Source: Octopus sinensis (lineage: Eukaryota). Taken from it: a DNA stretch of 64,000 nt. The notes under the pieces are model-generated. The model searched no databases, was not told the DNA's origin, and worked only from the letters and a program-made list of their open reading frames with translations. The stretch's first letter is position 1. Every line of letters begins with the position of its first letter. Of the stretch, positions 25,071-38,014 are shown piece by piece. The stretch covers positions 44,578,001-44,642,000 of the forward strand of contig NC_042999.1 of NCBI RefSeq assembly GCF_006345805.1. The letters are read 5' to 3'. Both the position numbers and the translations under genes were made by a program.

Positions 25071-26473
25071 ATGTATCACAAAATCTGTTTATTTTAGGCA
25101 GTGGTTCCCAATCTTTTAACTATCATGGATTTATTTGTATTTAAATGTATTTTCCCACCAACTCCATAGTTTTGAAAAGTCTGTCCAGTTAATAAATTGT
25201 CTTTATTAACCAATAACAAATTTATTTTCTCAGTTTCTATCTCTCAGCAGGATTGGTATAATACATGACAGATCTAATGTATTGTTTTTACTCTGCTGTT
25301 TATCTTTATTGGACAACATCTGGTATCTGTTCCGTGTATCACAAATTTTATAATGTAAGGGAAGCGACTCTGTTAAAACGAAATAGTTATTTCCCCTGTA
25401 ACACAACTTGCTTTGGCATCGTTTATTTGTGTTTTTTTTTCCATTCATATTTAGACTGGTTTGTTGTTAGACATCTTTTATGCAACATTACCATGATTAG
25501 GTCTTCAAAGCACTTCCTCTTTGCTTCTTTCATGTTTTATAGCCAGACATTTGCAGCATTGATGCTATTGTCACTTTTATGCCGCTAACTCACGGCCTTG
25601 CACAAAAGGTAAATTACAGCTATTGGCAAAAATATGTTAAAAGGAACATTTTCCAATGTAATATAAATGGTCTTTACAATATACCCGGAATCAAAACAGC
25701 TATACACATAAATTAAACTTAAAAGAGATTAGTTCCCTCATCTTCCGTTCTCTCTAGATAAGTAAATAAAAGAATACCACCTGGGGAGGTATGACAGATA
25801 GTGGACTTTCCTAAACTAAAATTATAAATATTAATTATTAAATATAAAAATCAAATGATTTCCAATTCATTATAAAAATTGTTAATCTAATTCATAGTAT
25901 TCAGCACATAATTCACTAAACGGGTAATATTTTGATGTTAAACAAACTCAATTTCCTGTACTGTTTAAGCTCAACGTTGTGCTGTGAATCCAGCTGTACA
26001 ATACATTAAAAGCCAGTCTTTCGTTGTTCGCTATATTAGAATTGTGTATGTATATGTGTGTGTGTGTGCATATATTTTACACTGCTTGCGTATTATACTA
26101 ATATGTGTTTGCTTCTCATGACTGAGTTATTATTTTACTTTTTCATGCAGTAAATTGTACGAAATATTCAAGTAGGGCTTCCCTCTGCAATGGGTCTCAG
26201 TACCTGGAAAATTCCGTTCGAGGTACTGGCCAAAAGGCACAGGTGTGACTGTTGTGTTAAGATGTTTGCTTCTCAACCATGTGGTTTCGGATTCAGTCCC
26301 GTTGCATAGCACCTCAAGCAAGGATCTTACTCTAATAGAGGCCTGGGCCGACCAAGGCCTTGTGAGTGGATTTGGAAAATGAAAGAAGCCTGTCGTATAT
26401 ACATGTATGTATGTACGTGTTGCACGAGGGAACTGTAATAAGAAACAATTCACCTACTTCTTGTCGTTTTGCT

Positions 26474-26699
26474 GTACTATTTAAGAAGGGTGGTCCCGGT
26501 GCTCGCACTCGCGCATCCGCGATAGCTAGTCGTGACTAGTCGATCCTACAACGACTACCTAGCAAAGTAAACAAAACTCAAAATAAATATTTTTTTTGCA
26601 CAAAGTAAATAAAACACAAAGGATCGACTAGTCACGACTAGCTAGCGCGGATGCGCGACTGCGCGCACTGGCACTGGGACCACTCTTCTTAAATAGTAC
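26474..26699. mobile_element. GC-rich MITE-like palindrome
   Basis: Arms 26474-26547 and 26620-26699 (GTACTATTTAAGAAG...GACTAGTCGATCCT) flank an AT-rich spacer. Confidence 0.7.
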
Positions 26700-26946
26700 C
26701 CGTTTTGCCACCCAGCTGTTCTCAATCCGAAACTCATGCCCAGCCCGCGCACCTAACGATAGCAGCTGTTAGTACCCGTCTCTACCAGTTTGTTCGCCTC
26801 ACGCCCGTTCGTCGTGACCACCCAAGGCAAAATAGAATGACTCTGGTCTACCTTTCCTCACTTCCTCTCTCACCCTTCCTGTTCCGGTCAAGCCCATTGA
26901 CCGTTAACATCACAGCCCTTTCCTTCAGGCTCATCTCATCCCCACA

Positions 26947-26977
<31 letters not shown>

Positions 26978-27790
26978 TGTATGTATGTATGTATGTATGT
27001 ACGCACGCACGCACGCACGCACGCACGCACGTACGTATGAATGTATGTATGAATGAATGTATGTATGAATGTATGTGTGCATGCATGTATGTATATATTT
27101 CAAGATTTCTTGCCAATAGAGAAAGAACCGTTTTCTAATCTAGATCATTAGAATTTCATGTATGTGTGTGTGCTCATGCGTGCTTGTGTCACTTTGTCTT
27201 GACAATGCGTGGTAGTTGTAAAGGAGTGCCACTGTAATACAAGCCGTGTCATTCATTTCCACCATTCTGTAAGAGCATATCTTGTCATGGAGAAGTATCA
27301 CCTTATTTGGAACCAGATGAGGATTGGTGACAAGAAAGGCATCCAACTGGCCGTTGAAAATATACTTCAATAAACTCCATCTCACCCGTGCAAATGTAAA
27401 AAGTGTGCACATTATAATGATGATAATGACGACGATGAGGATTGGGGAAGTATTAGTTGCCCATACATGTTAATACATGGTTTCTTTTCTCCATATCACT
27501 GATGATGTCCAAGGGAAAGGTAAGGCCGATACAGCGTGACCTTGGTGTCGTTACTGGTGTTGCTGTTAGAACATAATGAGCCAGAACAGATATTGCAAGG
27601 CATCCTGTCCAATATTCAACTAATCGATCCCTCTTGATTGGTAGTTAGATGGTGGTTGAATCAGGGTTGTGGAGTCATCTAAAGGTTGATTCCTTCAGAA
27701 GGCTGTAATATCATTTGATAGGAACACGGTACAAAGAAATACATAGAACAAGGTTGTAACTTTAAATACCTTTAATGTTGGCCTCACACA

Positions 27791-27838
<48 letters not shown>

Positions 27839-28397
27839 TGAATGATAAATGGAAATAGTTTGATGCATAGAGGCCATGATCTTCTTCTGTCTGCTAGTTG
27901 CTGCGTGTCGTAAGAGAGCCAACGAGATTCTGTCCTTGCTATCTGACGACTAAATGCCAAAAGAAGTTGCAAGGCCTCGTGTCAGAATCTTACCGCTGCT
28001 TGTGCAATCTAGCACGAGTTTGTTTAAACCCGCTATCAAGGAGGTAACTGTGCCTACAGGTACCTTGCTTCCATCGACCTTGAAAAAAAGAAGGCTAGGA
28101 TCGATTTGTCCTCAGTGGAACTTGAACTCAGAGCGCCGAGTTATATATAATATACTGACAGACGTTCTAATTCGATGCTCTAATGACTTTGCCAGTAATG
28201 TTTTGCGTCCTAGAGTAGAAAAGTAGAAAAGAATATATGTATGCACGTGTATGTGTGTATGCGTGTGCGTGATGTGTATACATGCATGTATATGTAAATA
28301 TCTTATACGGATCTGTCTGTGTCTTTGTCTCTGTCTGTGTCTTCGTCTCTGTCTATCTCTTCTCTCTCTGTGTCTCTCTGCACGTACGCGTGCTTGA

Positions 28398-28432
<35 letters not shown>

Positions 28433-28589
28433 GCATGTCTATGTGTGTTGTGCATGTTTCTGGAGATGATTTTTTCCATGGAGTGACAGGAAATGTGGTT
28501 AAGTTGAAATTAACATGCGCAACAAACGGAGCTGTTTGCATAACCAGGTGTTCTTTTAGATTTCGTATGTAGTGATGTGTACAGCCTGT

Positions 28590-28860
28590 TATGATGTGTC
28601 ACGTGCTGCTTTTCGTATTCTTTGCGGTCTCTTGTGGTTTGTTATGGAAAGATTGAAGTTCCAGATAAGGCTGATGTAATACATATTGGATCTAATACAT
28701 TGTTTATACACCATTGTTTTCTTTCTTTTTGTTGGCCATATTTGTCCGCTGAGATTATTTAAAGAATGTGTATCATTTTCTTTTTTCTCTCCTTCGTCTT
28801 CTACGTGTGTTGTGTAAGCTGTGGAGGTCAATGTAACTTAATACTTTTGTCTTCTGTAGG
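28590..28860 (-). pseudogene. Decayed LINE fragment (I-group-like, same family as 9310-9900)
   Basis: Translation LSGQIWPTKRKKTMVYKQCIRSNMYYISLIWNFNLS...QRIRKAAR resembles the post-RT LINE segment. Nucleotide similarity to about 9578-9645. Confidence 0.4.
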
Positions 28861-30338
28861 CGCCCGTGCACTCATGTTGTTGAATGATCTTGTTAGGTTT
28901 ATGGTTGAGTCTGTAGCACTAGAGACCTCCGGCGTTCTTGGGTCGCCGGGCCGTATTCCTGCTCACAGCTATCGGGGTGGAGATGGCTTTTTCGCAAGCG
29001 CGAGTCCCATGAGTCAGATTGGCTTTTCCAGCCTATCTCCTTCACCATCCTCTGGGGCAACGCCGTTTCCTTTTTGTCTACTGGGGCCATGAGGCAGTCT
29101 GACTTATAAGAAATGAAATGTTCCGCTCCTTAAGTACTTGGATCCATGCAATAATTTATTACACAACAAACCAATGAGTAAGACCTGCCAGTATGCAAGC
29201 TTGTTCTGTCACAATTAACCTTGATGAATGAGGTTGCTAAGTTTAATAACAATCTGGTTGAAAGGAGACAGTGGATTTCGTAGATGTAACATAAAGTAGG
29301 ATTGGAAGTCGAGTAACAGCATCTGGAAAATGGCGGAATGATATGTGTAGCATAATGATGTGTGTGAAAGTGTAAACTGACACATACACGTCTCTCCACA
29401 CTTCTCACTTTGTACCAATTGACAATTTTTTTTTTTATTTTCACAGTATTTAATGCATGATGGATTCATGACATAAATATTGAGCTTGAACTCTACAGGA
29501 GACTGAACCTGTTTAACATCGGAATATTGACCGTGTGTATGTTTTGTGGAAGTGTGTGATGTCGTATAACTATAGGTAGAAAAGAAGGTTACGAAATATT
29601 TTGGCACAGCCATTTTGGCTTTCCCTATTTGGCGTCAATGATTCACTGCAGACGGTTTTGACATCAGACATTTTAATGTTTCTCTCTCTCTCTCTCCCTC
29701 CCCCTTTCTCTCTTTCTCTCTCTCCCTCTCTCTCTTTCTCTCTCTCTGTTTATGTCTGTGAGCATCTAATTATGTTTGTATATATGGGTATTGTATCTCT
29801 TCCCCCTCGCTTTCTCTCTCTCTCTCTTTCTTCCTTTCACTCTCTATCTGCATGTGTGTGTGTGTGTGTGGTGTGTATTTGCTTCCAATGCCACCACATA
29901 CTATCACCAAAATTGTTCGAATGTTCAGTTATGCCAAATCATCAGTGTCCAAATAGTTGTACTCACTTGCTTCATTTGATTAAAAGAATGGTGAGAGCAT
30001 CGCTCTTTGTTGTGTGCTATTCGATATTACAGTTTCTGGAGGAGTTGTTCTTGCACACTTCTCAGGTTTGGCAGCGAAACAGATAGAATTGCAGACAATG
30101 TTTCGCGCTTTTTCTTAAGGTGGCATTGAATATTTTGTGTACAAGTTGATAGCATGGTATTAGCTTTACTGATACCGATGGTTGTTAGAACTGTACGTGT
30201 TGGTTGTTTTTATTGTTGAAATAATTACGGATTTTCTGTGTTAGGTTTGTGAGTGGTAGTTGGAAGTTAGGGATCTGGATTCATGTTCTGAATTGGAGAG
30301 AAGTACGTGTGTGAATTAATGCAGTCAAGGATTATACG

Positions 30339-31300
30339 TATGTATGTATGTATGTATGTATGTATGTATGTATGTATGTATGTATGTATGTATGTGTGTA
30401 TGTGTGTATGTGTGTATGTATGTATGTATGTATGTAGTGTATGTATGTATGTATGTATGTATGTATGTATGTGTGTATGTATGTGTGTGTGTGTGTGAGT
30501 GCGTGTGTACGTGTGTGCGTGCATGCATGCATGCATGTATGTATGTATGTGTGCATGAATGTATGTATGTGTGTATCTATGTATGCATGTATGTATGTGC
30601 GTGTATGTATGTGTGTATCTATGTATATATGTATGTAAACGTGTGCATGTATATATGTAAATGTGTGTGTGCATGTATGTAAATGTGTGTGCATATATGT
30701 ATGTAAATGTGTGTGCGTGCATGTATGTATGTATGTATGTATGTATGTACGTATGTATGTATGTAAATGTGTGTGTGTGCATGCATGTATGTATTTATGT
30801 ATGAATGTATGTATGTATATGCGTGTGTATGCATGCACGTATGTATGTATGTATATATGTATGTATGTATGTGTATGTACGTCTTTCTACCTGTCTGCAT
30901 GTCTCTATGTGTGTGTGTGTGCACATGTCTGTCTGTCTGTCTGTATGTATGTGTGTGTACATTTGTATGTATGCACATCTATGTCTTCTTTGCAATTAAA
31001 TTTTTCTTTTCAAGCCAGTCACTACCAAAGTAACAGGACTCTTTCATTTACGTCAAGATAGCCCTTGAGGTTTGTGGTTAACTGAACTGGTTGATCTTTC
31101 TGTATATGTGTGTCTGTGTGGATAAAGTTGCGCTTGTGGGTATGCATGTCACAACAGAACACATGTGTGCATGTTTCTTTACTGTTCATAAGTGTATGTA
31201 TATGTATTCCATTTGTGATTGTGTACATATGTATATGTGTATATATATGTGTATATATATATATGTGTATATGTGTATATATATATATATTATATATATA

Positions 31301-31342
<42 letters not shown>

Positions 31343-31417
31343 TATATATTATATATATATATATATTATATATATATATATACATATACATACATACATA
31401 TATATATATATATACAT

Positions 31418-31453
<36 letters not shown>

Positions 31454-31630
31454 GTGTATATATATATGTATGTGTGTATATATATATATGTATGTATGTA
31501 CATATGTATGAATGCATGTATGTATATATGTATGTATGTGTGTATAAATGTATATATGTGTACATGTATGTATGTATGTATGTAGTATGTATGTATGTAT
31601 GTATGTATGTATGTATGTATGTATGTATAG
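30339..31630. repeat. Compound (TATG)n/(TG)n/(TA)n microsatellite block
   Basis: Directly visible. It is the source of many spurious ORFs. Confidence 0.9.
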
Positions 31631-32129
31631 CAGCACTGGATTTGAGGATCGATGTGTTGAGCAAGCTAGCATATGCTAATTCCTTCCGGGTCAGTTATTT
31701 TCTCTTGCACATGAACGACTTTGCTTTCTGTCTAATGAGATTGATGGAAATAAGTACCAGAGTACTGTAGTCGATATAATTGACCGAAAGGGGTTCCCAG
31801 CATGGCCAAAGTCCAGTGAGTGAATCTAGTAGAATATGATTTCCACACGCATTTATCGCCATTGTTGTCATCTTCATTGTCATCACCACAACCCATGCCA
31901 CCCAACCACCACCATCACCATTACCATCACCATTGCCACCCTTCCACTGTCACTCTCACCACTGCTGCTACCCCCCCCCATTGTTATTATCACTGTCATA
32001 ACTGCTGCCATCACTACCACCCATCATCACCACTTCCATAATGACGACTACAATAAGCATCATCATCCGCATCACCATCACCATCCTCCACCACATTCTC
32101 CTCCTTTACATTTTTATGTTTGTTGTTTC

Positions 32130-32580
32130 TGTACTTACATGGGTTGGATGAGTCTTTTCCAACATAGCATTTCACCACTTGCTGCGAGGTCCAGTATCCT
32201 TAGATCATTTGCACCATTTCTTCCTATGTATTCGTCTTCTGAAGATCCTTTCACTTAGATCACTTGGCCCCTCTATATTCAACTATCAAGCCCTCCATGT
32301 ACTTCATGTGTCTGTAACAGAGCATTCTCCTTTCTTTCACCATAACCATTTCCTCTTATATTCTGTTTTTCCCTTGATTCTTATGTTCCCTGTTGTGATG
32401 CATACTCACATAATACATTCAGTGGAGCATGCTCACTTCATTTCTTTCCAACCTTTGCACAATCTCTGAATTCAATCCATATGTTTTGCTACTTGCAATA
32501 TTACACTTTGTACATGCAAATCATAAAATCCACCCTTCACTTGGAGAAAAAATTTCTTTGTTGTCAAGTTTGTCTTATGA
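32130..32580 (-). mobile_element. RTE-clade LINE 3' end, decayed, with a (GAT/GGT)n tail
   Basis: Minus-strand remnants RLQRNEVSMLH...VKERRM resemble the RTE C-terminus. The 3' end TCATCCAACCCATGTAAGT is followed by a trinucleotide tail toward 31850-32090. Confidence 0.6.
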
Positions 32581-32713
32581 CTTGAGTTTCATGCCACAGT
32601 GATCTTCAGGTAAGAACTAAGCTTCAGAGTGACAAATATCAGAAGAGAATCAACACATCGAAATATTATTATTTCTAAATCTCTCTAAAGGAGACTATGG
32701 CAGTAGTACTGGC

Positions 32714-33023
32714 TATTAATAGTTATCGCCAAGCTAACATGGTAGTCCAGAAAAATAGGACAAATGCTGCTGTTGATTAGCTCCAAGAGGCCATCACCTT
32801 TAGCTAGCTATGTGGCACACAAACCTGTGTCCATTACAACCTTTGAACAGGGGAGGTCATCAGCATGGGGAAGCTGATGACCTCCCCTGTTCGAAAGTTG
32901 TAATGGACACAAATTTGTGTGTCACATAGCTAGCTAAAGGTAATGGCCTCTTGGAGCTGTTCAACAGAAGCATTCATCCTATTTTTCTGGACTGCCATGT
33001 TAGCTTGGCGATAACTATTAATA
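32714..33023. mobile_element. Near-perfect foldback hairpin (151-bp arms, 8-nt loop)
   Basis: 32714-32864 pairs with 32873-33023. Loop ATGGGGAA; termini TATTAATA. Confidence 0.85.
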
Positions 33024-33136
33024 ATTAACAAATCATTTTAAAGATTGCTGTTTTGGTATGTTTGATATTTCTGGACACAGCTCCATGATCAATCTGAAGA
33101 TAAACCAAATTTACCCTCAGCCATGAGACTACTTCA

Positions 33137-33349
33137 TTGTGTCTATTCTTACATTTGAAGTTGGCTGTCATTAATGAACTTGAATGCTGCACATTGAAGG
33201 GAAGCACTGGAGTTGAAACATATATACAACAACCGACTGATATAAGAGCATGTAAACCTGTCATCCACACTGAATTAAATAACATAGTACATGATTTAGT
33301 TATTACAAAAATCACAGCAGAATTATTGGGAGCCAGGTTGAATCAGTGA
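33137..33349 (+). pseudogene. Possible Chapaev-like transposase remnant
   Basis: TELNNIVHDLVITKITAELLGARLNQ resembles the ELNDLVRDL..SK.KAELLGSRL motif as I recall it. No TIRs seen. Confidence 0.3.
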
Positions 33350-33884
33350 TACCCTTCTAGCTTCAAAGACAAAATTTAATGTTTTATTCAACTCCCTGTG
33401 GCGATATTTCAGGGTCACTTTCAGTGCCCTTAGTGTCACAGGATCTACTTTCTTGTATCAGTCTTATCAACCACATCTGCTCCCATGAGAAACAATGTGC
33501 TGGAGGTGGAGGAGGATGAATGTCCTGGATTGATGCTGTCATTATCTTTGATGGGTAGACATAAGCAACTTCCTCCTCCGCCTCCGCCTCCTCTTCCCCC
33601 CCTCCTCGTCGTCGTCGTCGTCATTTAACATCTGTTTTCTCTGAGAGATTCAGCTTGGCTCAGAATATGAAATGAGCCCTTTGAAATACAGGTACTACTC
33701 ATTTCTCCCAGCTGAGTGAACTGGAGCAATGTGAAATAAAGTGTCTTGTTCAAGGATACAATGTACTGCAGGGAATTGAACTCATGACCTTACAATCATG
33801 AGCCAAATATACCTGGCCTCTAAGCAATGTGCCTTCAGATGTTTGATTCACACAAAACGAACACAACTTGTTGGTTGGGTGATA

Positions 33885-34410
33885 TACCGTAAATCCTCGA
33901 GTATAATCCACATTTTTTCCCCAAAATTTAAAGGTCAAAATCCCTAGTGCATACTATATACGAGGTTAAAAATGAAAAATATTTTCTAAGCAATGTCCTA
34001 GTCTCTATTTGCTGTCCGGCAATGTTTATTCAGATACATTTTGTGATGTCGAGTGCGAAAATACCTTAAGCTAAGCCTGAAAGCAATGAAGTCATAAAAG
34101 AATCATCCATAACATGCAGTAAGCAACATTTATTAAACATTATTACTGTTATTACTATTATTTCTTTATTTTCTGCAAACAAAATGCACAAAAAAGCTAC
34201 ACGTTTGCATTATGTTTTATATACAATAACAATAAAGGACGTTACTGTATACATTTTTACAAACCAAGGATGTTATATAGACCTCCTTGCCTGAAGTTAG
34301 AGAAGGGGTGCGTATTATACACAAGGTTTAGGTTTTTCAGAGGTACAGCTCCCTAAAAAGTTCCCTGCCTAATATACTCAAGGGCAGACTATACTCAAGG
34401 ATTTACGGTA
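33885..34410 (+). mobile_element. Second, shorter deletion derivative of the pogo-like element at 21836
   Basis: Same TIRs and subterminal sequence. It lacks the transposase remnant. Confidence 0.85.
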
Positions 34411-35254
34411 TATTTTCTATAATTTTGTGCTTTTTTCGCTTATACATGTGTCATTTCTGTGATATTTGATGTATTTTACCATTTTTCCAAGCCTAGATAG
34501 TGTAAGAACAGCTATGTTTGCATAGTAAGATATGTAAATTTTATAATTTTTTTTCAAAAATATATCAAAATATTTGTTAATGTAAGCTTAATGTAGCATC
34601 TAAATATTGGTGTAAAGGGTTACTTTCTCCCATAAAACTGCTGAAATGACTACACAAGCTTTTACACCATATCATTTCAACTTATTTTCTAGTTTTAGTA
34701 TGTGCATTTCATATGCACTACATTGCTAAAATTTCAAAATGCATTTCTGGAAAAAAGACTTGACAAGTTACACAAACTCTAAGGGTAAAACTGAAATCAG
34801 ATAAGATGGATACTCATTTTTTTTCATGAAAAAAAGTAATGCTTTTTTCCAAAACATAGCTCAGTGTTATGTGTCAGTATGTCACTAATCAATGAAGTGA
34901 TATCTTGCTATGCAATGTAACTTCTAAAATGTTGGAATGTAAAATTTATTGCACAAGGTTTACCTTTTTGTCTTCTATCTTTTACTTGTTTCAGACATTG
35001 GATCGTGGCCATGCTGGGGCACCATCTTGAAGGCAAACAAACTGAGCCCAGTATTTTTTTTTTAAAGCCTGGTACATATTCTATCAATCTCTTATGCTGA
35101 ATCGCTAAGTTAAAGGGGTGTAAGAAAATCAATACCAGTTGTCAAGTGGTGGTGTATGACAAATACAGACACAAAGACACACACACGCATACACGCACAT
35201 ACACATACATGCACACACACGCACATGCATGCACACACACACACACATTGGGTC

Positions 35255-35390
35255 TACCTCTTCCACATGTACTCTCTACAATTAGAGATCGGCACTTCTT
35301 GATGAAACTCTCCTCATTCATACGTATTAGATGGTCATACCAGCACACTCCTCTCTCTTGCACACTACATCTGATGCTCATAGTCTCCAT
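35255..35390 (-). pseudogene. RTE LINE C-terminal fragment
   Basis: RCSVQERGVCWYDHLIRMNEESFIKKCRSLIVESTCGRGRP. Confidence 0.65.
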
Positions 35391-36227
35391 CTACCAAATT
35401 TACTCCCAAGGTGTTGGTCAGTCGAGGGTTATAGTAGAAGATACTTGCCAAAGACACTGTGAAGCAAGACTGAACCTAAAGCCACATGGTTGTAAAATGG
35501 GCTTCATACATACACACACACACATGTATGGGTTGGTGCTTAATTAACAACTATTTTATTTTATTTTGGTGTTTTATTTTCAAATAAATTTAGAATAAAA
35601 AAATGGCTATTAATTACGTACCTACCCAATACATATATAATACTATATATACATACAAGGTGCATATTATGATAGAATAAGTGCCAGGATTTTGATTCAT
35701 TCAACTAAAACCTCAAGGTGGTGCCCCAGCATGGCAGCAGTCTAATGACTGAAACAAGTGAAATATAAACAGTAAAAGATATATCAATTAAATAATGGCT
35801 GAGCCATTCTATCTATTTAATCATCATCATCATCATCATTTAATGTCTGCTTTCCATGCTGGCATGGGTTGGATGGTTTGACTGAAAACTGGTAAGCCGG
35901 GGAGCCGCACCAGGTTCCAATCTGATTTAACAAGGTTTCTATGGCTGGATGCCCTTTCTAACACCAACCATTCCATAAGTGTAGTAGGTGCATTTTACAT
36001 GCCACTGGCACAGGTGCCATTGATGTAACACTGACATCAGCCATGACTAAAAGCACTGTTATATTTCCATTCTCTTTATTTCTTGGGGTGTCTCAATTTT
36101 CATCGTACTCTTGTAATCTGTTCACTGATTCATTTTCACTATTATGATGAAAATCAGATATTAGTGAATTTTTATAAGCCTCAGGTAATATTTAGTTCTA
36201 AATTTTGTGTCTGAGGATCCATTACTC

Positions 36228-36608
36228 TTTTACTTGTTTTAGCCATTTGACTGTGGCCATACTGGAGCATCGCCTTTAGTTGAGCAGATCGACCCCAGGA
36301 CTTATTCCTTGTAAGCCTAGTACTTATTCTATTCTAAGTTACAGGGATGTAAACACACCAGCATCGGTTGTCAAGCGATGTTGGGCACAAAAACATATAC
36401 ACACACACATACATACATACACACACACACATATACGATGAGCTTCTTTCAGTTTCCATCTACCAAATCCACTGACAAGCTGACAAGGCTTTGGTTGGCC
36501 CGAGGCTATAGTAGAAGACACTTGCTCAAGATGCCATGCAGTGGGACTGAACCTGGAACCATGTGGTTGGTAAGCAAGCTACTTACCACACAGCCACTCC
36601 TACGCCTA
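36228..36608 (-). mobile_element. SINE family A, near full length
   Basis: Reverse complement of the 52151-52567 structure. Confidence 0.8.
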
Positions 36609-36846
36609 TAATGGTATAATTGTATAATAGTAGTTTTTACCTTTTGATATGGGTTACTTAGAAGTTGCCTTTAGGTTTGAATTACTGTATTTTCCAGCAT
36701 ACAAGTTGAATTTTTTTTCATCAAAATTTACAGCCCCAAAAAAGGTAGGTTAAGGTAAAAAATTCCATGTGAAAAAATGCTGCAGGATTTGGAAAGAAAG
36801 TGACAATGTTTAAATGTTTACAGTACATAATTATATGTTGACTTGT

Positions 36847-37745
36847 CATCATCATCATCATCATCATCATTTAACGTCCGCTTTCCATGCTAGCATGGGT
36901 TGGACGGTTCAACTGGGGTCTGGGGAGCCCGAAAGCTGCACCAGTCCAGTCAGATCTGGCAGTGTTTCTACAGCTGGATGCCCTTCCTAACGCCAACCAC
37001 TCCGAGAGTGTAGTGGGTGATTTTATGTGCCACCGACACAGGTGCCAGACGAGGCTGGCAAACGGCCACGCTCGGATGGTGTCTTTTATGTGCCACCGAC
37101 ACAGGTGCCAGACGAGGCTGGCAGACGGCCACGCTCGGATGGTGTTTTTATGTGCCACCGACACAGTGCCAGACGAGGCTGGCAGACGGCCACGCTCGGA
37201 TGGTGTTTTTATGTGCCACCGACACAGGTGCCAGACGAGGCTGGCAGACGGCCACGCTCGGATGGTGTTTTTATGTGCCACCGACACAGGTGCCAGATGA
37301 GGCTGGCAAACGGCCACGATCAGATGGTGCTTGTTACGTGCCCACAGCACGGAGGCCAGTCGATGTGGTACTGGCTACGGCCACGTTCGGATGGTTTTCT
37401 TATGTGCCACGTTCCACCGGCACTGGTACCACAACGATACAAATTCCATTGATGTTCATCTATTTTGATTTGTTTTGATTTTCACTTGCCTCAACAGGTC
37501 TTCACAAGTGTCACAAGAAGGAAGGTATGCACAGGTGGACTGACTACGTCCCAGGTAGGGGCCATGGGTTATGGCCTGACTAGTCTTGCCGGGTCTTCGG
37601 ATGGTGTTTTTATGTGCCACTGACACAGGTGCTAGATGAGGCTGGCGAACGGCCACGATCGGATGGTGTTTGTCATGTGCCCACCGCACTGACTACAGCA
37701 CTGATGGATTTCTTGTGTGCCACAGGCACTGGTACCACAAGATAC
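36847..37745 (-). mobile_element. SINE family C (RTE-type tail, (GAT)n end) with an expanded internal VNTR
   Basis: The tail CCAACCCATGCTAGCATGGAAAGCGGACGTTAAATGATGATG is shared with other copies and contains a tandem array. Confidence 0.75.
37021..37330. repeat. 62-bp GC-rich minisatellite, 5 near-identical units
   Basis: ATGTGCC recurs at 37025, 37088, 37150, 37211 and 37273. Confidence 0.9.
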
Positions 37746-37849
37746 AAGAAAATACAGTATCAGTTTTTTTTCCTAGCTATAATGTATGTATACGTGTAAT
37801 TTGTTTGTGTTAGTTTGTGTGTATATATATATATAGACACACACACATC

Positions 37850-38014
<165 letters not shown>

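Noticed and set aside
30267-31770. Many 60-180 aa ORFs (YIHT/MYVC/IY repeats), also at 46788-48576, 50744-51257 and 55155-57752
   Set aside because: These are translations of (TA)n, (TATG)n and (CA)n microsatellites.
32874-32896. CTGATGA-N12-GAAA in the hairpin arm
   Set aside because: The intervening CCTCCCCTGTTC cannot form helix II, the opposite arm lacks GAAA, and no helix I or III was found.
37021-37330. Regular 62-bp periodicity resembling a CRISPR array
   Set aside because: The units are identical along their whole length with no unique spacers, lie inside a SINE, and there are no cas genes.
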